Below, in pieces: positions 36,129-44,034 of a stretch of 64,000 bases of DNA. The DNA comes from Phycisphaeraceae bacterium. Lineage in GTDB: Bacteria > Planctomycetota > Phycisphaerae > Phycisphaerales > Phycisphaeraceae. The notes beneath the pieces are model-generated. The model had not been told where the DNA came from and did not search any database. It saw nothing but the letters and a program-made list of their open reading frames with translations. The position numbers and the translations under genes are program-made. Each line of letters opens with the position of its first letter. Positions within the stretch are counted from its first letter, which is position 1. The DNA lies in the NCBI GenBank assembly GCA_029260615.1, contig JAJDCX010000016.1, positions 1,464-65,463 of the forward strand, in the 5' to 3' direction.

Positions 36129-36304
36129 GAGGTGCTAAATCAGACAGTTCATTAACAACTCAGACTACTTTGTAGGCTACCTCTTAGATGAGGGTGCGTC
36201 AAAAAAATCAACTGGATTAAAAGGCGAAAACAGAGAAGCATTAGGGAGGAGAATACGGCTCTAGAAGCTACATGCAGTTCTTGACACACGTCTGCCAGGC
36301 ACCA

Positions 36305-37123
36305 TCACCCATCACCTCCCAACTGCACCACCAACCCGTCATACGACAAGAACACCCCCTCTGGCAGCTTCGGCTCCAACTCCGCGTGCTTGATGTCGTG
36401 GGCCATGTGCGTGAGGTACGCCCGGCCGGGTTTGATCTGTTCGATCTGTTCAAGAGCCTGTTCGATGGTCAAGTGTGTCGGGTGATGTCGGTAGCGCAGG
36501 CCGTCGATGACCAGGACGTCGAGGTCTTGCAGTAGCGGGTAACTCTCCGGGGGGATTGCTGAGACATCCGTGCAATAGGCGATTGATTTGCCTGCAAAGT
36601 CGATACGGAAACCCAGGATCGGGAGTCGGCCGTGCAATAAGCGGATCGGGGTCCAGGTTGCGCCGAAAAAGTCCAGCATTCGGCCGGGCTCTAATTCGTG
36701 TGCGATCAGGGTCGGCACGAACGACGGGTTGATGTTGTTTTCAGGCGTGAACACATAGGGGAACATCTTTCTCAGTGATGCCAGTACCATCGGCTCGGCG
36801 TGGATGTCCACGGCGGTTTTCATCACGGCGTTAAATCGACGCAGGTCATCAAGCCCGAAGATGTGGTCGGCGTGGCCGTGAGTATAGAGGACGCCGTCGA
36901 TGCGGTTGATCTGATGGCGGATCATCTGCTGACGCATCTCGGGGGCGGTGTCGATCAGGAATTGGCGAGTGGGTCCCTCGCTGTCATCACGGTACCGCAC
37001 CAGCACGCTTGGTCGATCTCGATGGTCACGGGGGTCGTCGGAGGTGCAGACCGCACACTCGCAGCCGATCATGGGGACGCCTGCGCTGGTGCCGGTGCCG
37101 AGAAAAATAAGTTCGAAAGACAT
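36305..37123 (-). CDS. MBL-fold metallo-hydrolase (PhnP-like)
   Basis: MSFELIFLGTGTSAGVPMIGCECAVCTS and YTHGHADH motifs. The start at 37123 is supported by the -10 box geometry below. Confidence 0.75.
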   Translation of the reverse strand: MSFELIFLGTGTSAGVPMIGCECAVCTSDDPRDHRDRPSVLVRYRDDSEGPTRQFLIDTAPEMRQQMIRHQINRIDGVLYTHGHADHIFGLDDLRRFNAVMKTAVDIHAEPMVLASLRKMFPYVFTPENNINPSFVPTLIAHELEPGRMLDFFGATWTPIRLLHGRLPILGFRIDFAGKSIAYCTDVSAIPPESYPLLQDLDVLVIDGLRYRHHPTHLTIEQALEQIEQIKPGRAYLTHMAHDIKHAELEPKLPEGVFLSYDGLVVQLGGDG

Positions 37124-37129
37124 GGGTGG

Positions 37130-37135
37130 ATGATA
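37130..37135 (-). promoter_or_regulatory. Candidate -10 box TATCAT, 6 nt upstream of the ATG at 37123 (predicted leaderless)
   Basis: Minus-sense ttgcTATCAT-ccaccc-ATG. Confidence 0.4.
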
Positions 37136-37337
37136 GCAAGGGCGGGGGATCGGGGTTATGATGCCCTCCATGATCCTAGGTTTCGCCCCGGCGTCTGACT
37201 ACCGCAACCGCTTTAATCCGGCGGCAAGGTATCACCGCGCGAGGTAGGCGAACCAGACTTGATCGTAAAAAGTCGACTCGGCCCGTCTCGTGTGAGGCGG
37301 GCTTATTCTATGGGGCATTTTTCGCAGGAGACACGAC

Positions 37338-38153
37338 ATGGACGCGCGTTGGGATACAGCGACTCCCTACTACAGCCGATCTGGGCTGCACATCGAGATC
37401 TACGACACGATGACGCTCAACTCGTTCAACGACGACGTCTCGTTCCTGATCGATCAGGCGCGTGAGGCGGGTGGTCCGGTGCTGGAACTTGCCAGCGGAA
37501 CGGGGCGGGTGGCCTGGCCGATGGCAGAGGCTGGATTCGAGGTAGTCGGATTGGACTTGAACCCGGGGATGATCGCCGCGGCCGAGGCGAAGCGGTCAAA
37601 CTATCCCAGTGCGGTCAGCGACCGTGTGCGCTACGTGCAGGGGGACATGACCGGATTCAAACTCGATCAGCGGTTTCGGTATGTGTATATCACATACCGC
37701 TCGTTCCAGGCGTTGCTGACGCCGGAGGCGCAACAGGAATGTTTACGGTGCGTGTGGCAGCACCTTGAGCCGGGCGGAAGGTTGGTGGTCAACGTGTTCG
37801 ATCCGAAGCTTTCCAGATGCGATAAGGGGGCTGAAGGGCCACCGGAGCAGCAGACAGTGCGCAATCCGGTGACGGGGTTGGAAGTGGAGCAGCGATCGAT
37901 CGAGCGTGTGAACGATCCGTTGAGCCAAACGCTCAGCATGCTTTGGGTCTTGGAAGAAAAGGATGCCGAAGGAAACGTGGTCCGTGAAGAATGCGAACGG
38001 CTGGACCTTCGCTGGACGTATCGTTTCGAGATGAGCTACCTGCTGGAGTTGTGCGGGTTCGAGGTGCTGGCCGAGTACTCAGACTTTAATCGCTCGCCAC
38101 CGGCCTACGCGGAGGAACAGGTATGGGTCGCGCAGAAGCCGTGTGCAGATTGA
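37338..38153 (+). CDS. Class I SAM-dependent methyltransferase
   Basis: Motif I VLELASGTGRV, motif post-I VVGLDLNPGM. AGGAGA SD box at 37326-37331. Confidence 0.75.
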   Translation: MDARWDTATPYYSRSGLHIEIYDTMTLNSFNDDVSFLIDQAREAGGPVLELASGTGRVAWPMAEAGFEVVGLDLNPGMIAAAEAKRSNYPSAVSDRVRYVQGDMTGFKLDQRFRYVYITYRSFQALLTPEAQQECLRCVWQHLEPGGRLVVNVFDPKLSRCDKGAEGPPEQQTVRNPVTGLEVEQRSIERVNDPLSQTLSMLWVLEEKDAEGNVVREECERLDLRWTYRFEMSYLLELCGFEVLAEYSDFNRSPPAYAEEQVWVAQKPCAD

Positions 38154-38157
38154 GTCA

Positions 38158-39261
38158 TCACACCGACCCCGACGCGATGGCGGGGAGGTCCAGGTCGGCG
38201 AAGTCGTTTGCCTGGTAGTGCGTGTACGCAAGTCCGGCGATCATGGCGGCGTTGTCCAGGCAGTAATCGAAGGCCGGGATGCGGACGGTGAGCCCGAGTT
38301 GTTCACCCAGTTCGGCGACGCGGGTGCGCAACAGTGAGTTGGCGCTGACACCGCCGCCGATGACCAGTGATCGGGGGGGCTCATCGTGTTCGGCCATGTG
38401 TTGGGCTGCGCGTTTTAGTTTTTTAATGAGGGCATCCACAGCCGCTGCCTGGAACGAGGCTGCGATGTCGATCCTATGTTTTTCAGACAGGTCGTCGATG
38501 CTGCGCTCGAATCGTGCGGCGGCACCCCTGCCCTTGGGATGGCCCCGGACGGTGTAGAGGACGGCTGTCTTGAGGCCGCTGAAGGAGAAGTCCAGGCTGT
38601 CCTTGCCGAGCATCGAGCGGGGGAGGTCGTGCGTGGTGGGGTCGCCTTGCTGCCCGAGCTTGTCGAGTTTGGGGCCGCCGGGGTAACCGACGTTCAGGAT
38701 GACGGCCGCCTTGTCGTAGGCTTCGCCGACCGCGTCATCGATGGTCGAGCCGATCAGTGTGAGGTCGATGGGGGAGGTCATGCGATACAGACTCGTGTGG
38801 CCCCCTGATACGACCAGGCCAAGGGCGGGGAACGCAAGCGGGCCGGGGTCGTTTTGTGAGTCTTTTGAAACGGGGTCTGACCCCTTGATGGGTAAGAGCG
38901 TGGCGGCGTGTAGGTGGGCGCGGACGTGGTCAACGCCGATCAAGGGTTTGCCGACGGACCAAGCGAGGGTTTTGGCGGCGCTGACCCCGACCAGCAGTGA
39001 GCCGATCAATCCCGGACGGTGGCCGACTGCGATGGCGTCGAGGTCGTCGAGGGTGACCCCGGCTTGATCGAGTGTTTCGTGCAGGACGGGATTGATATTT
39101 TGTAGATGTGCCCGGCTGGCGATCTCGGGGACGACACCTCGGTAGCGTTCGTGGAGTTTGTGCTGGGCCGCGACGACGTTGGAGATAACGTATCGGCCGT
39201 CACGCACGATTGCGGCGGCGGTTTCGTCGCAACTGGTTTCCAGGCCGAGGATGAGTGTCAA
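38158..39261 (-). CDS. tsaD: tRNA N6-adenosine threonylcarbamoyltransferase
   Basis: LILGLETSCDETAAAIV, HLHAA-type His pair region, GGVSANSLLR. Start overlaps the ctpA stop (4 nt). Confidence 0.9.
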   Translation of the reverse strand: MTLILGLETSCDETAAAIVRDGRYVISNVVAAQHKLHERYRGVVPEIASRAHLQNINPVLHETLDQAGVTLDDLDAIAVGHRPGLIGSLLVGVSAAKTLAWSVGKPLIGVDHVRAHLHAATLLPIKGSDPVSKDSQNDPGPLAFPALGLVVSGGHTSLYRMTSPIDLTLIGSTIDDAVGEAYDKAAVILNVGYPGGPKLDKLGQQGDPTTHDLPRSMLGKDSLDFSFSGLKTAVLYTVRGHPKGRGAAARFERSIDDLSEKHRIDIAASFQAAAVDALIKKLKRAAQHMAEHDEPPRSLVIGGGVSANSLLRTRVAELGEQLGLTVRIPAFDYCLDNAAMIAGLAYTHYQANDFADLDLPAIASGSV

Positions 39262-41081
39262 GGCTGCGTCGCCGGCTCAAGGGTATTGGCTGGCGTAGAC
39301 GGTGCAACTTCGGCCTCTGCTTCAACCTCCACTTCAACCTTTATTTCGGGTTCAGTCTCGGGTTCCACGGCATCCTTGACTTGTTCTTTAACCTCTATGG
39401 GTTCTTTAACCTCTGCCTGAATCTCTTGCTGCAACACCGGGGTCTCGGTGGACGGAGCGTTAGGTTCGGAGGCGTCGGGAGTCACCACTTGGGGCTCTAC
39501 AGCCGGCTCGGTAATATCCTGGGTATCCGTTGCCTGGGGCTCTACGCTTTGGTCTTCTGTTTGGGCTGCGTCATCATCAGTCTGGGCCTCGCTTGATTCC
39601 CCATCTGACTCGGCTGTGTCATCCTCAGTTGCGTCATCGCCATCGGCCAACTCCGCTTCGACCCGGTGCAACTCCTCAAGCAGCAAACCGCGGCGGCGTT
39701 CCAACTGTTCGCGCTCGTGTAATCGCACCAGTTCCTCGGCGTTGGCGAGTCCGACGGTCGGCCAGGTATCGGTTTGGACCTTCCCCAGGACGGCACGCAG
39801 GGCGGCGGCGAGTTGGGGGTCGAACAACGTGTTTTCGATGTGGTCGGGCGTGATCTCCGCGGTGTCGCTGTGGCCGTTCTCTGCGCGGATGGTGTCTGCC
39901 TCGCGGCGGGCTTTGATCATCTCTTTGTACTGCTCGAAGCTCATTGGGACGTAAGCACCCTCGTCGGGGTCAACGCCCCAGACCTCGGCGTCAGGCTTTT
40001 TGTGGATGTTTCGGCCACTGGGGAGGTAGTAGTAGGCACCGGTGAGTTTCAAAGCACCCAAGCCGCTGTCGAGCCCGCGGACCTGCTGGACGCTGCCCTT
40101 GCCGAAGGTGCGTGTCCCGACGAACAGGGCCCGCTTGTTGTCGGACAATGCGCCGGTGACGACCTCCGATGCCGAGGCGCTGCCTTCGTTGGCCAGGACG
40201 ACAAGCGGCGTGTCCGGCATGACCGTGTCGTCGTCGGAGTCGAAGACCTGCTTGGGCCAGTTTCGGCCTTCGGTGGAGACAATCCGCTTGCCGCCGGTGA
40301 GGAACATGTTGCTGACATCGACCGCCGAATCCAGGAGGCCGCCTGGATCGAATCGCAGATCCAGGATCAGGCCCTTGGCGCCTAGTTCGTTCAGATGCTC
40401 CAAGGTCGAACGCAGTTCGCCAGCGGTCTTGTTGGTGAACTGGGAGATGCGGACGTACCCGATCTTGTTGACCGGGTCGAGCATGTAGTCGTAGCTCTGG
40501 TCGGCCGACCTGCGTGCACCCCGGACGGTCTGCACGGAGATCTGGGCCCGGGTGATAGTGATGTCCAGCTCTTCGCCGGTCGCGCGTCGAATGCGTAAGA
40601 TAACGTCGGTCCCCGCCTCGCCCTTGATCCGCTTGATGACGTCCATCTGGCTTTCATCCTGGGTCGTCTTGCCATCGACATCGAGGATGATGTCACCAGC
40701 CATGATCCCCGATTTCCAGGCGGGGGAGTCTTCCAGCGGTGTAACGATCTGTGGTCGGCCGTCCTGCATGTTAATCTCGGCACCGATCCCGGAGAACGAG
40801 CCGGTCAGTCGATCCGAGAACTGGTCCAGGTGTTTCGCGGGGACGAACACGGTGTACGGGTCATTCAGCGAGGAGACCATCCCCTGCACGGCTGCTTCGA
40901 TCAGCTCTAATTGATCCGGCTCCTCGACATAGCTCTCGACCAGCTCGTGGCGGACCTCGAGTATCAGGTCAAGCTGTTTGAAGACGTCGGCCTGCTTGGC
41001 GGCCCAGGCATCGGTCAACGCGACCATCAAAGCGGTCAGGGCCACGATGAAGGTCAGACGCCAGGCGGTGGTTTTATTCAT
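39258..41081 (-). CDS. ctpA: Carboxy-terminal processing protease (S41) with PDZ domain and ~129-aa acidic tail
   Basis: Signal anchor, PDZ (GIMAGDIILDVDG), catalytic Ser region NEGSASASEV, Lys region GTRTFGKGSVQ. The tail (39258-39647) is rich in E/D/T/P/Q. Confidence 0.85.
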   Translation of the reverse strand: MNKTTAWRLTFIVALTALMVALTDAWAAKQADVFKQLDLILEVRHELVESYVEEPDQLELIEAAVQGMVSSLNDPYTVFVPAKHLDQFSDRLTGSFSGIGAEINMQDGRPQIVTPLEDSPAWKSGIMAGDIILDVDGKTTQDESQMDVIKRIKGEAGTDVILRIRRATGEELDITITRAQISVQTVRGARRSADQSYDYMLDPVNKIGYVRISQFTNKTAGELRSTLEHLNELGAKGLILDLRFDPGGLLDSAVDVSNMFLTGGKRIVSTEGRNWPKQVFDSDDDTVMPDTPLVVLANEGSASASEVVTGALSDNKRALFVGTRTFGKGSVQQVRGLDSGLGALKLTGAYYYLPSGRNIHKKPDAEVWGVDPDEGAYVPMSFEQYKEMIKARREADTIRAENGHSDTAEITPDHIENTLFDPQLAAALRAVLGKVQTDTWPTVGLANAEELVRLHEREQLERRRGLLLEELHRVEAELADGDDATEDDTAESDGESSEAQTDDDAAQTEDQSVEPQATDTQDITEPAVEPQVVTPDASEPNAPSTETPVLQQEIQAEVKEPIEVKEQVKDAVEPETEPEIKVEVEVEAEAEVAPSTPANTLEPATQP

Positions 41082-41087
41082 TACGGG

Positions 41088-41093
41088 ATTCTC
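41088..41093 (-). promoter_or_regulatory. Candidate -10-like box GAGAAT, 6 nt upstream of the ctpA ATG
   Basis: Minus-sense acGAGAAT-cccgta-ATG. A2 and T6 are conserved; position 1 deviates from the consensus. Confidence 0.25.
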
Positions 41094-41260
41094 GTCGTGG
41101 GTGGGGGAAGGCTATTGGATTAAGTTGCAGATTGTAGGCGTGGTGTCGGCGGGCATCAAAAGCCTACATATGTTTGTGGGTAGGTTCGGGTTTAAAGGTG
41201 ATCGGGGCTCGGTGGGAGCAGGCAGCGTTGGCCGGGGTGGTCCAACCGGGGTGCAGGGCG

Positions 41261-41266
41261 TATGCT
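41261..41266 (+). promoter_or_regulatory. Candidate -10 box TATGCT, 6 nt upstream of the radA ATG at 41273 (predicted leaderless)
   Basis: gcgTATGCT-ggcggg-ATG. The ATG gives the canonical RadA zinc-finger N-terminus. Confidence 0.4.
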
Positions 41267-41272
41267 GGCGGG

Positions 41273-42682
41273 ATGGCGCGGACTCATGTGATGTTTATCT
41301 GTAATAGCTGCGGCGCGACGCAGGCCCGGTGGATGGGCAAGTGTCCTGATTGTGGCGGTTGGGACACACTCGACGAACACCGAGAGGCGGCTGGGGCGTC
41401 TGCGTCCAAGGACCGCCAGCGTGGCGAGTTGGTCACGAAGGCGGCGGCGGCGGTGCCGATCAAATCCGTGGACACCCGGGCCGACGACATCAAACGGTTG
41501 GCAACTGGGATCGGCGAGTTTGATCGCGTGTTGGGGGGGGCTGTTAACGGACAGCGTGCATCGAGCTATGGAGGATGCGGTTTTGTCCCCGGGAGCGTGG
41601 TATTGATCGGCGGCGACCCGGGGATCGGCAAGTCCACGTTGATGCTGCAGGCTGCGCACAAACTCGCGGATCAAGCCAGGCGTGTGCTTTATGTCAGCAG
41701 CGAAGAATCGGTGCAGCAGATCCGCCTGCGTGCGCAGCGCCTCAATGCCGATGGGGCTGATGAGTTGTTTGTTTTAGCGGACACCAATCTTGCTCGCATC
41801 ACCGAACAGATACGCAAGACCTCGCCGGACATGGTGGTGATCGATTCGGTACAGATGATTTATAAGGGCGACCTGCCCGCCGTCCCCGGCAGCGTGACGC
41901 AGTTGCGTGCCTGCTGTCAGGAACTGGTGTACATGGCCAAGAGTGCGGGGATCGCGATGGCTTTGGTCGGGCACGTCACCAAGCAGGGGCAACTCGCCGG
42001 GCCCAGGCTGATCGAACACATGGTCGATGCGGTGCTTTACTTCGAGGGCGACCGTTACCACAGCCACCGGGTGATCCGTGCGATCAAGAACCGCTACGGC
42101 ACGACGCTGGAGGTCGGCTTATTTGAAATGACCGACAAGGGGTTGACCCCGGTGGTCGATGGCAGCGGGGTGCTCGCGAAGGAATATCAACGCCGACCCG
42201 GGAGCGTGGTCTGCCCGGTGTTGCAGGGGTCGCGGTGCTTGCTGGTCGAGATCCAGGCGCTCACAGCCACAGGTTTTCTCGGTGCCGCCAAACGTAAAGT
42301 CAGCGGAGTCGATTCAAACCGGCTGGCGATGTTGATAGCTGTGTTAGAAAAGCGTGGCGGCCTGCGGCTTGCCGACCAGGACATCTTTGTCAGCGGGGTC
42401 GGGGGCATCCGTGTCACCGAGCCGGCGGCGGACCTCGCGCTAGCGATCGCGATCACCGGGGCCCATTACGACAGGCAGACCGATCCAGGGACTTGTGCGA
42501 TTGGCGAGATCGGCTTGGGAGGGGAGGTCCGCCATGTGCAGCAACTGGGGCAGCGCATCATCGAGGCCTCCCGGCTGGGGTTCAATAAAATCATCTGCCC
42601 GCCGACCGATGCCAAGGCACCCAAGGGGGCGGAACTGTTGCAGGTCAAGACGCTGGACCAGGCGATCGGGTTGCTCAATTAG
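41273..42682 (+). CDS. radA: DNA repair protein RadA/Sms
   Basis: N-terminal zinc finger FICNSCGATQARWMGKCPDCGGW, Walker A GGDPGIGKSTL, KNRYG motif, Lon-like C-terminal domain. Confidence 0.9.
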   Translation: MARTHVMFICNSCGATQARWMGKCPDCGGWDTLDEHREAAGASASKDRQRGELVTKAAAAVPIKSVDTRADDIKRLATGIGEFDRVLGGAVNGQRASSYGGCGFVPGSVVLIGGDPGIGKSTLMLQAAHKLADQARRVLYVSSEESVQQIRLRAQRLNADGADELFVLADTNLARITEQIRKTSPDMVVIDSVQMIYKGDLPAVPGSVTQLRACCQELVYMAKSAGIAMALVGHVTKQGQLAGPRLIEHMVDAVLYFEGDRYHSHRVIRAIKNRYGTTLEVGLFEMTDKGLTPVVDGSGVLAKEYQRRPGSVVCPVLQGSRCLLVEIQALTATGFLGAAKRKVSGVDSNRLAMLIAVLEKRGGLRLADQDIFVSGVGGIRVTEPAADLALAIAITGAHYDRQTDPGTCAIGEIGLGGEVRHVQQLGQRIIEASRLGFNKIICPPTDAKAPKGAELLQVKTLDQAIGLLN

Positions 42683-42702
42683 TTATTGGATACGAGAGAC
42701 GC

Positions 42703-44001
42703 ATGATAAATCGATCAGGGTTAAAGCTGTTCATCTGGGGTGTGCTGCTGCTTGGGTGCTATGCCCCGGTGTCGGCGCAGATGTTGGCGGGGCCCTGGCT
42801 GGTGGAATCAGAGAAGAAGATCGACGTGGCACGCAAGACTGATTTGCGTGTGATCGTGATGGACGGTTCGGGCCGGCCCGCACACGGCGTCGCGGTACGG
42901 ATCGAGCAGACCCGCAGTGCGTTTCATGTCGGGTTGGTCCTGCCGGAAACCGGTTGGCCTAAGCAGGGGTTGGGTGCGGAGACTCACACCGAGTTTTGGC
43001 GTTGTTTTAATGCGGTTTCATTGGAGCGGATGACGGGCTGGCCAGCGCTACAGGCCCAGCCGGGTTCGCAGTTTGATACGAAACGGGTGAGTTTAATAGA
43101 TAACACGCTGGATCAGGCCCAGGCGGGAGGCGTTTTTGTGCGCTGGGGCCCGATGGTATCTGCGGACGCCGGGCGCTTGCCGGGTTGGGTTGCCCAGTTG
43201 TCCGGGCAGGCATTGGCGGAAGCGGTGGCGGGGTACGGCGAACATGTCTGGCAGCACTTCGGCGGACGGATCGATCAATACGATGTGTATACCCAGACGC
43301 TGGACCACGGTTTTATCGAGGAGCTGGCTGGTATTTCGGTGGTGCGTCGGTTGTATGAATCAGTCCATGTGAATAGCCCCGGCGCGCAGGGCTGCGCCCG
43401 GTTTGATGACGGGCTGACGCTGGGCCGGTTCCAGAAGATGCAACGACGACTGACCGCGATGGGTGAAGCGTTTATCCCGTTCCAGACGGTGGCGATCGAC
43501 CAGCGGTTCGGCGGCACGGTTGAGAGACGCACGCTGGTTCGGATGCTATCAAAGATCGGCCAACTCCCCGGCCCGGTGGTCATCAGTGGGCTGGAGGTCG
43601 GAGCCGACAGCGAGGTCAACGCGGCGATCAATCTGGAGACGGTCCTACGCACCTTGATGGAGCATCCAAACATTGAAGGCATCTGGTTTTCCGGGCTGAC
43701 ACCGGGCATGGCTGGCGAACCCAGTGGCGCTTTGTTGGATGAAATGGGTTTGCCCACGCCGTCCGGGCGGCTGGTTGACAGCTTGTTTCATAGCCTTTGG
43801 CGCACAGACATCGATACCCAGGCCGACGGGTTGGGCAACGTCCGGGCAAGGGTGTTCCCCGGGGCCTACCGGATTACGGCGAAACTCCCCGATGGTTTAA
43901 ATCTGGTCACCGACGTATGGGTTGAAAAGTCAGCCGACCCGCGCGTGGTGCTTCTGGAGCCGTTGCGCCCGGGTGTGATGATCGGTGGGGCGTCAGAGTG
44001 A
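42703..44001 (+). CDS. Secreted/lipoprotein hypothetical, possibly a GH10-like TIM-barrel glycoside hydrolase
   Basis: Signal peptide with LLLGC lipobox. The N-terminal pattern RKTDLRVIVMDGSGRPAHGVAVRIEQTRSAFHVG resembles uncharacterised GH10-like proteins. The family call is weak. Confidence 0.3.
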   Translation: MINRSGLKLFIWGVLLLGCYAPVSAQMLAGPWLVESEKKIDVARKTDLRVIVMDGSGRPAHGVAVRIEQTRSAFHVGLVLPETGWPKQGLGAETHTEFWRCFNAVSLERMTGWPALQAQPGSQFDTKRVSLIDNTLDQAQAGGVFVRWGPMVSADAGRLPGWVAQLSGQALAEAVAGYGEHVWQHFGGRIDQYDVYTQTLDHGFIEELAGISVVRRLYESVHVNSPGAQGCARFDDGLTLGRFQKMQRRLTAMGEAFIPFQTVAIDQRFGGTVERRTLVRMLSKIGQLPGPVVISGLEVGADSEVNAAINLETVLRTLMEHPNIEGIWFSGLTPGMAGEPSGALLDEMGLPTPSGRLVDSLFHSLWRTDIDTQADGLGNVRARVFPGAYRITAKLPDGLNLVTDVWVEKSADPRVVLLEPLRPGVMIGGASE

Positions 44002-44034
44002 CTGCGGCCGTGAGTGGGTATTCAAAATAGTTTG

